Positions 6,501-10,863 of a stretch of 10,863 nt of DNA are shown piece after piece (position 1 is the first letter of the stretch; each line of letters opens with the position of its first letter). The stretch lies in assembly GCA_048939625.1 (NCBI GenBank), contig JBHLPH010000044.1, positions 1 to 10,863 on the forward strand. Direction: 5' to 3'. The DNA is from Promethearchaeota archaeon (GTDB lineage Archaea; Asgardarchaeota; Hermodarchaeia; Hermodarchaeales; Hermodarchaeaceae). The position numbers were made by a program, and so were the translations under genes. The notes beneath the pieces were generated by a model that was given only the letters and a program-made list of their open reading frames with translations, had not been told where the DNA came from and did no database searches.

Positions 6501-7603
6501 CTCTGCAATATCGAGTCATAGATTGATTCATATTGGGGTAAGACTTTTTCAGCCGTGTGATTCTGGAGGATAGTTTGTCGGGCAGCTCTACCAAGAGTTC
6601 CGGCTAGGTTTGAATCGGTGAGAATTGCATAGAGCTTTTCAGCCAGAGCATCAATGTCTCCAAAGGGTACAAGTAATCCATTTTTCCCATCCTCGATAAT
6701 CTCGGGAATGCCACCCACGGATGTGGCAACAACAGGAAGACCACAGCTCATGGCTTCCAGAAGCGAAAGGGGAGCGCCTTCTAATTCAGAACTTAACCCG
6801 AAAGCATATGCGCAACGAAGGTATTGATACACATCGCGTTTGAATCCAGGACATTTAACCCGATTGTTCAGTTCGAATTTTCGAATGAGCCGATCAACCT
6901 CAGGTCGAGTTGGACCATCACCAATAAGTAGAAGCTCAACGTCTGGGATATCATCAGCAATCTGGGCAAATGCAGTTACTAAGTCATTGACCCGCTTAAC
7001 AGGACGAAAATTAGACACATGGACAAGTTGACGTTTCTCCCCCTCTAAATTAAATTCACAAGCATTGGGTTTGAATAGTGCGGGATCGGTGAAGTTGGTA
7101 ATCGGTTCGATGGCGCAGCGAACGCCTAAGGTTTGTTCCGCTGTTTGACAAATGTGATTGGTCACACAGGTTACAGCATTTGCTGCCTCAACAGCAAACC
7201 GAGTTGATGGCTGATAAGCTGGATCGGCACCCAAAGTGTGGACATCGCTTCCATGTAATGTAACAATATAGGGAACCCCAGTCATTTGTTGGGCAATGAA
7301 AGCAGATACCGCATGAGGAATAGCATAGTGGACATGTAAAAGGTCCAAATGGTGTTTCCGAACTACTTGCGCCATTTTTGAGGCAAGGGCAACGGTGTAC
7401 GGAGGATACCGGAAGAGGGGATATTCAAGCACATCAACGAGGTCCACTTTCACATTCTCATATCGACCTTCCTGGAGCTCAAAAGGTACCTCATAGGTAA
7501 TGAACCGTACCTCATGACCACGTTTTGCGAGTTCAACTCCCAATCGGGTACCTAAAAGTCCTGAGCCCCCAACGCCGGGGTACACTGTGATTCCAATTCG
7601 CAT
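6497..7603 (-). CDS. bshA: N-acetyl-alpha-D-glucosaminyl L-malate synthase BshA (GT4 glycosyltransferase)
   Basis: BshA-specific motifs MRIGITVYPGVGGSG, YPLFRYPPYTVALASKMA, LDLLHVHYAIPHA, TLHGSDV, HVSNFRPVKRV, plus the GT4 motif EGAPLSLLEAMSCG. Confidence 0.93.
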   Translation of the reverse strand: MRIGITVYPGVGGSGLLGTRLGVELAKRGHEVRFITYEVPFELQEGRYENVKVDLVDVLEYPLFRYPPYTVALASKMAQVVRKHHLDLLHVHYAIPHAVSAFIAQQMTGVPYIVTLHGSDVHTLGADPAYQPSTRFAVEAANAVTCVTNHICQTAEQTLGVRCAIEPITNFTDPALFKPNACEFNLEGEKRQLVHVSNFRPVKRVNDLVTAFAQIADDIPDVELLLIGDGPTRPEVDRLIRKFELNNRVKCPGFKRDVYQYLRCAYAFGLSSELEGAPLSLLEAMSCGLPVVATSVGGIPEIIEDGKNGLLVPFGDIDALAEKLYAILTDSNLAGTLGRAARQTILQNHTAEKVLPQYESIYDSILQS

Positions 7604-7717
7604 TGTTTATCCTGTGGCATGCTAGCGTTCCTGCCCAAATGTGTTGTGATGGCAGAAAAATGCCCTCTGAGGTAGTGTTAGCAAACCTTTTGGTAAGATA
7701 AAGAGGTACATTTAGCT

Positions 7718-8392
7718 ATGCCAAAAGTACCACTCAAGCGTCTGCTAGTTATTGCAGCGCACCCAGATGATGAAACCTTTGGTTGTGGAGGCACTATTGC
7801 CCAAGAAGCCAATCGTGAAGCTGAAGTGACAGTCTGTTGCCTTACAGGCACTCCTACTCGACATAAAGAATTAGCAGCAGCTTGTGAAATTATCGGGGCT
7901 AAAGTAATTGCGCTGAAGGGAAAGGATCTACAACTTACAGTTCCTGAAGTGACCAACGCCCTAATTCCTATTATCCAAGAAACCCAACCAGAAGTCATTG
8001 TGTCCCACAGCGCAGATGATTACCATCCTGATCACAAGGTTGCCCATCAAGCAGTCAAACGAGCAGCTGAGTGGGCAGGCCATTCTACAAAGTATAAGAA
8101 AAAGGCATGGCGCCCAAAACGCTTGTTCAGTATGGAAATTAATACGCTCCTAGCCTACCCCACACGGTTGGTTGATATTTCCGAAATTATTGAATTGAAG
8201 ACCCAGGCAATCTCCGAGTACCAAAGCCAACTAAAAAAAACTGACGAATACTATCTGATGTTTAATCTACAAAAAGCAAGGCTACGCGGTATACAAGCCG
8301 GTTGTGAGTATGCTGAAGCATTCCGTGAAGAACTTTTGCCAGTTCATGGTCCCTTCTACCATCCTACTCCAATTGCGAAAACAATTTTCTAG
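7718..8392 (+). CDS. bshB: PIG-L/LmbE-family deacetylase, probable bacillithiol deacetylase BshB
   Basis: LVIAAHPDDETFGCGGTI, R..E (RHKE), DYHPDH, VDISE...K..AI..YQSQ, YAEAF. Divergent from bshA, with a GAGGT SD at 7703-7707. Confidence 0.85.
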   Translation: MPKVPLKRLLVIAAHPDDETFGCGGTIAQEANREAEVTVCCLTGTPTRHKELAAACEIIGAKVIALKGKDLQLTVPEVTNALIPIIQETQPEVIVSHSADDYHPDHKVAHQAVKRAAEWAGHSTKYKKKAWRPKRLFSMEINTLLAYPTRLVDISEIIELKTQAISEYQSQLKKTDEYYLMFNLQKARLRGIQAGCEYAEAFREELLPVHGPFYHPTPIAKTIF

Positions 8393-8400
8393 CTTCGCTT

Positions 8401-9420
8401 TTAATCGAGCGGTGGTCGTATCCGGCTTCGAGATTGAGTGATCTGCTTCACCCAAGTTTCATACTCGGAACTAGGAGGATGATCTTGGTACAGATTTACT
8501 CGGTCAGCTTCAAGTTGAAGATAAGGACGACCAAGTACTTCCGCGATTGTCAGGAGCTGATTCCCTTGTTTACTTGCATGCTGCTGAATTGGTCCTAACC
8601 AGTCATGCCACTCTTTATCCCGTAACAAATGGTGGTCAATAATAATCAAAGGGATGTGGTTAGTAAGGAAACGAAGAACGCCAGCAGCTTGTGTTAGAAT
8701 CTCAGGAGCCACGCGATCAGGAACCAAGTAGGTAGGAGGACCTGCAAGAAGAAGGATGTCGGGGTGTTGCCTGATAATCCAGCTAGCAGTTTCTTGTTCC
8801 ATGGGCCCTTGCACATCAGAACCATGGACCATTGAAAACCCGCCACACCGAATTGCGGTCATAATCACCCACCCGAGTTTTGTCCCACTTTCCCCATGGG
8901 GAACTGCTGGGGAAAACCGAATCATTGTGTTCCCGATTTTTGTGGCTTTTCCATCTGCGTAGACCACTTCAGTTGCAACTTTTCGGGCTTTCCGAACAAA
9001 ATTATATCCACGACCTTGTTGGGAGTAATTGATTCGCTTGCGAATATCCTTACACCAGATATGCTTCCCCGCGTAAAGGTGGTTTGCATCATCGGGGTTG
9101 GACCAAAAATAAGCGTAATTTCGGTAGAAGGGCATAAAGTGATCATGGTGGAAATGTGATATCACGATGTGATCGACTGATTGAGCAGTAGATAGTATTT
9201 GTCTTCGAATAGTCTTCAACAGGAGATATTCCTTGGGATGGGGGTGTAATTGGTCACGAAACCCAAGGGCAACCCCTGGGTCAATTAAAATAGAAGCATC
9301 CGAGGTGTTGACATGTGTAGCAAGGCTTCGTAGACCTAGACTTTCAGCTGCAATAGGTGTGATTTCCAATTCACTACTGATTTGGATTTTACCAGATTTT
9401 GAAGGTTTTATTTCATCCAT
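8401..9420 (-). CDS. Archaeal MBL-fold metallo-hydrolase, UPF0282-like
   Basis: PIAAESLGLRSLAT, ILIDPGVALG, PHPKE, ISHFHHDH, INYSQ..RG, FSPAVPHG...KLGWV, SDVQGP, GPPTYL, IDHHLLRD. Confidence 0.85.
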   Translation of the reverse strand: MDEIKPSKSGKIQISSELEITPIAAESLGLRSLATHVNTSDASILIDPGVALGFRDQLHPHPKEYLLLKTIRRQILSTAQSVDHIVISHFHHDHFMPFYRNYAYFWSNPDDANHLYAGKHIWCKDIRKRINYSQQGRGYNFVRKARKVATEVVYADGKATKIGNTMIRFSPAVPHGESGTKLGWVIMTAIRCGGFSMVHGSDVQGPMEQETASWIIRQHPDILLLAGPPTYLVPDRVAPEILTQAAGVLRFLTNHIPLIIIDHHLLRDKEWHDWLGPIQQHASKQGNQLLTIAEVLGRPYLQLEADRVNLYQDHPPSSEYETWVKQITQSRSRIRPPLD

Positions 9421-9490
9421 TACGAAATAACTCCGTGTACTGCAATGACCGATTCACGCACAGACAATATGTGCTTATCGATACATGCTC

Positions 9491-9567
9491 ATCAGAAAAA
9501 ATTGTGACTCAAATCAGAAAAAACAGTGAAGTGATGGAGTTCGAGGCGCAAAGGTGCCCCGAACCCC
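9491..9567 (-). terminator. 3'-UTR hairpin plus two oligo-U tracts downstream of the bactofilin-like gene
   Basis: 12-bp stem GGGGUUCGGGGC/GCCUCGAACUCC (9567-9556/9547-9536) whose two G-U pairs form only on the minus strand. Followed by two copies of TTTTTTCTGAT (9523-9513, 9501-9491). Confidence 0.6.
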
Positions 9568-9584
9568 GAGGCTGTGGGCTTATG

Positions 9585-10778
9585 CTATTTGATCAAGTCT
9601 TCAGGCGTTGGAAGTTTTTTGACCTGTTCAGGTTCTTTCCCATAATGAACGCCTGGTTCGGTTTCTAAACGCTCTGTGTAGAGGACCTCACCTTCCACCA
9701 TAACATCGCGTTCAATGTAGATATCACGCCCATAGAGGTTTTTCACCCGAGCCCGTTCTTCCACACGGATGGAATCACCATAAAACGATGCTCCACGAGC
9801 TTTTTCTCCAACGATAATATCTGAGCCTTCAACAAAACCTGAAACTTCACCCCGTCGACCAATACGGAATTCACGTTCTGCAATAATATGAAAAGCCCGA
9901 ATAGACCCACCCACATCTATTCGTGGACATTGAATTTTTTGTCCAGCCTGTAAAGATCCACCAATGTCAATCAGTCCACCAACTATCAAATCGGTTCCAA
10001 TTACAGCACTTCCACCAACGTCGAGTTTTTCGCTTAGGAATAAAGATTTCTCAGCTTTAATAGCGCCACCACAATCAATTGACTTGCCTTTCGCATCTCC
10101 AGAAAATTTTGCTGCGCCACCAGCGTCTACTTCTTCGAAGGTCAGGTCACCTTCGCTCTTGAAGCTGCCACCAACGTCGACTTTGATTATTTTGGAATTG
10201 GGTCCTACGACTACAGCACCGCCAACGTCTATGTCGCCGATTTCAATGGCGCCCTCTGCTTTGAAAGATCCTCCGACATCGACTTTTCCGATGGTTCCAG
10301 TGTTGCATTTAGCAGCTCCACCTACTGATAATTTTGTGGAGTCAATATTTCCTTCTATTTTGACTGCTCCGCCAACCCGAATTTCTTCAACTTTGGCGTC
10401 TCCAACAACTTTTAGGGCTCCACCGATGGAGACCAGGGTGGCGGTTAGATTTTTCCCAACTTTGAGAGCAGCACTAATATCAATTCGATTTGCTGTTGCT
10501 GATCCCGTGACGTCTAGTTGCCCGTGGCGAACACTGACAGCTCGTGCGATGTTCAAGTCGCCGTGGATTTCCGTGGTATTATCGCCGTCAATTTCAAGAT
10601 ATTCAGCCTTCAAAGAACCTTCAACTTCAACATCACCACGGATGGTAAGGCGACCGTCCACGGTGATGGTATCACCTTTTTCGGGGAGGATTCGACGACA
10701 GTTTTTAAGTTCCACATCACCTTTGACGTGTCCTAATGTGACTTCTTGTTCATTTTTGTACTGAAGTTTATCACCCAT
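9585..10778 (-). CDS. Long bactofilin-like (polymer-forming cytoskeletal) beta-helix repeat protein
   Basis: ~17-aa periodic repeats such as IGKVDVGGSFKAEGAIE / IGDIDVGGAVVVGPNSK / IIKVDVGGSFKSEGDLT. C-terminal GDSIRVEERARVKNLYGRDIYIERDVMVEGEVLYTERLE resembles Bacillus YhbE/YhbF-type bactofilin ends. GGAGG SD and a TATA box support ATG 10778 (397 aa) rather than 10856. Confidence 0.7.
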   Translation of the reverse strand: MGDKLQYKNEQEVTLGHVKGDVELKNCRRILPEKGDTITVDGRLTIRGDVEVEGSLKAEYLEIDGDNTTEIHGDLNIARAVSVRHGQLDVTGSATANRIDISAALKVGKNLTATLVSIGGALKVVGDAKVEEIRVGGAVKIEGNIDSTKLSVGGAAKCNTGTIGKVDVGGSFKAEGAIEIGDIDVGGAVVVGPNSKIIKVDVGGSFKSEGDLTFEEVDAGGAAKFSGDAKGKSIDCGGAIKAEKSLFLSEKLDVGGSAVIGTDLIVGGLIDIGGSLQAGQKIQCPRIDVGGSIRAFHIIAEREFRIGRRGEVSGFVEGSDIIVGEKARGASFYGDSIRVEERARVKNLYGRDIYIERDVMVEGEVLYTERLETEPGVHYGKEPEQVKKLPTPEDLIK

Positions 10779-10824
10779 TTTGAATGCCTCCGAGCATTTG
10801 GCTGAGGAAAGCAAGGCATTCCTA

Positions 10825-10832
10825 TTATAAAA
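10825..10832 (-). promoter_or_regulatory. TATA box of the bactofilin-like gene
   Basis: TTTTATAA on the minus strand ~47 nt upstream of ATG 10778, followed by a GGAGG SD 8 nt before the ATG. Confidence 0.55.
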
Positions 10833-10863
10833 GGCGGACTCACATTTGGGGGTCACATAATGT

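Noticed and set aside
9530-9590. GTGATGGAGTTC resembling the 5' part of a fluoride riboswitch
   Set aside because: Lacks the P1 complement and the downstream GACUCC pseudoknot partner, and no + strand gene follows; better explained as one arm of the minus-strand hairpin.
2969-9668. Other short ORFs in the track (2969..3157, 3992..4186, 4096..4320, 4740..5000, 5219..5416, 5254..5457, 5912..6208, 5998..6195, 6391..6594, 6840..7031, 7678..7998, 8756..8962, 8896..9159, 8922..9146, 9233..9430, 9399..9668)
   Set aside because: All overlap well-supported genes in other frames or strands and show no recognisable motifs.
9964-10764. 266-aa Ser/Pro/Thr-rich ORF on + (and 10518..10736)
   Set aside because: Antisense of the Gly/Val-rich repeat gene; its PPT repeats are the reverse complement of the VGG codons.
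10779-10856. 26-aa N-terminal extension of the bactofilin-like ORF
   Set aside because: Contains the TATA box and SD for ATG 10778, so it is probably promoter and leader sequence.

Overview
Archaeal chromosomal window, judged from Alba, a PDCD5-like protein, a UPF0282-type MBL hydrolase and TATA/SD signals. An Asgard-type archaeon is plausible but cannot be proven from the sequence. Gene order: Alba with a long Lys/Glu-rich N-terminal tail (-, truncated at the window edge, missed by the ORF track); membrane-anchored M28 glutaminyl-cyclase-like enzyme (-); divergent PDCD5-like protein (+); small winged-helix protein with the E2F/DP signature KRRLYD (-); membrane-anchored transglutaminase-like protein (+); BshC-like ligase with a Zn-ribbon insertion (+); nitroreductase (+); bshA (-); bshB-like deacetylase (+); UPF0282 MBL-fold hydrolase (-); long bactofilin-like beta-helix protein (-). 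The most interesting signals are the E2F/DP-like transcription factor in an archaeon, a complete bacillithiol-type cluster with an atypical BshC, and the tailed Alba with a structured 5' leader. No rRNA, tRNA, CRISPR array or mobile element was seen. All family assignments come from motif recognition by eye, not database searches.
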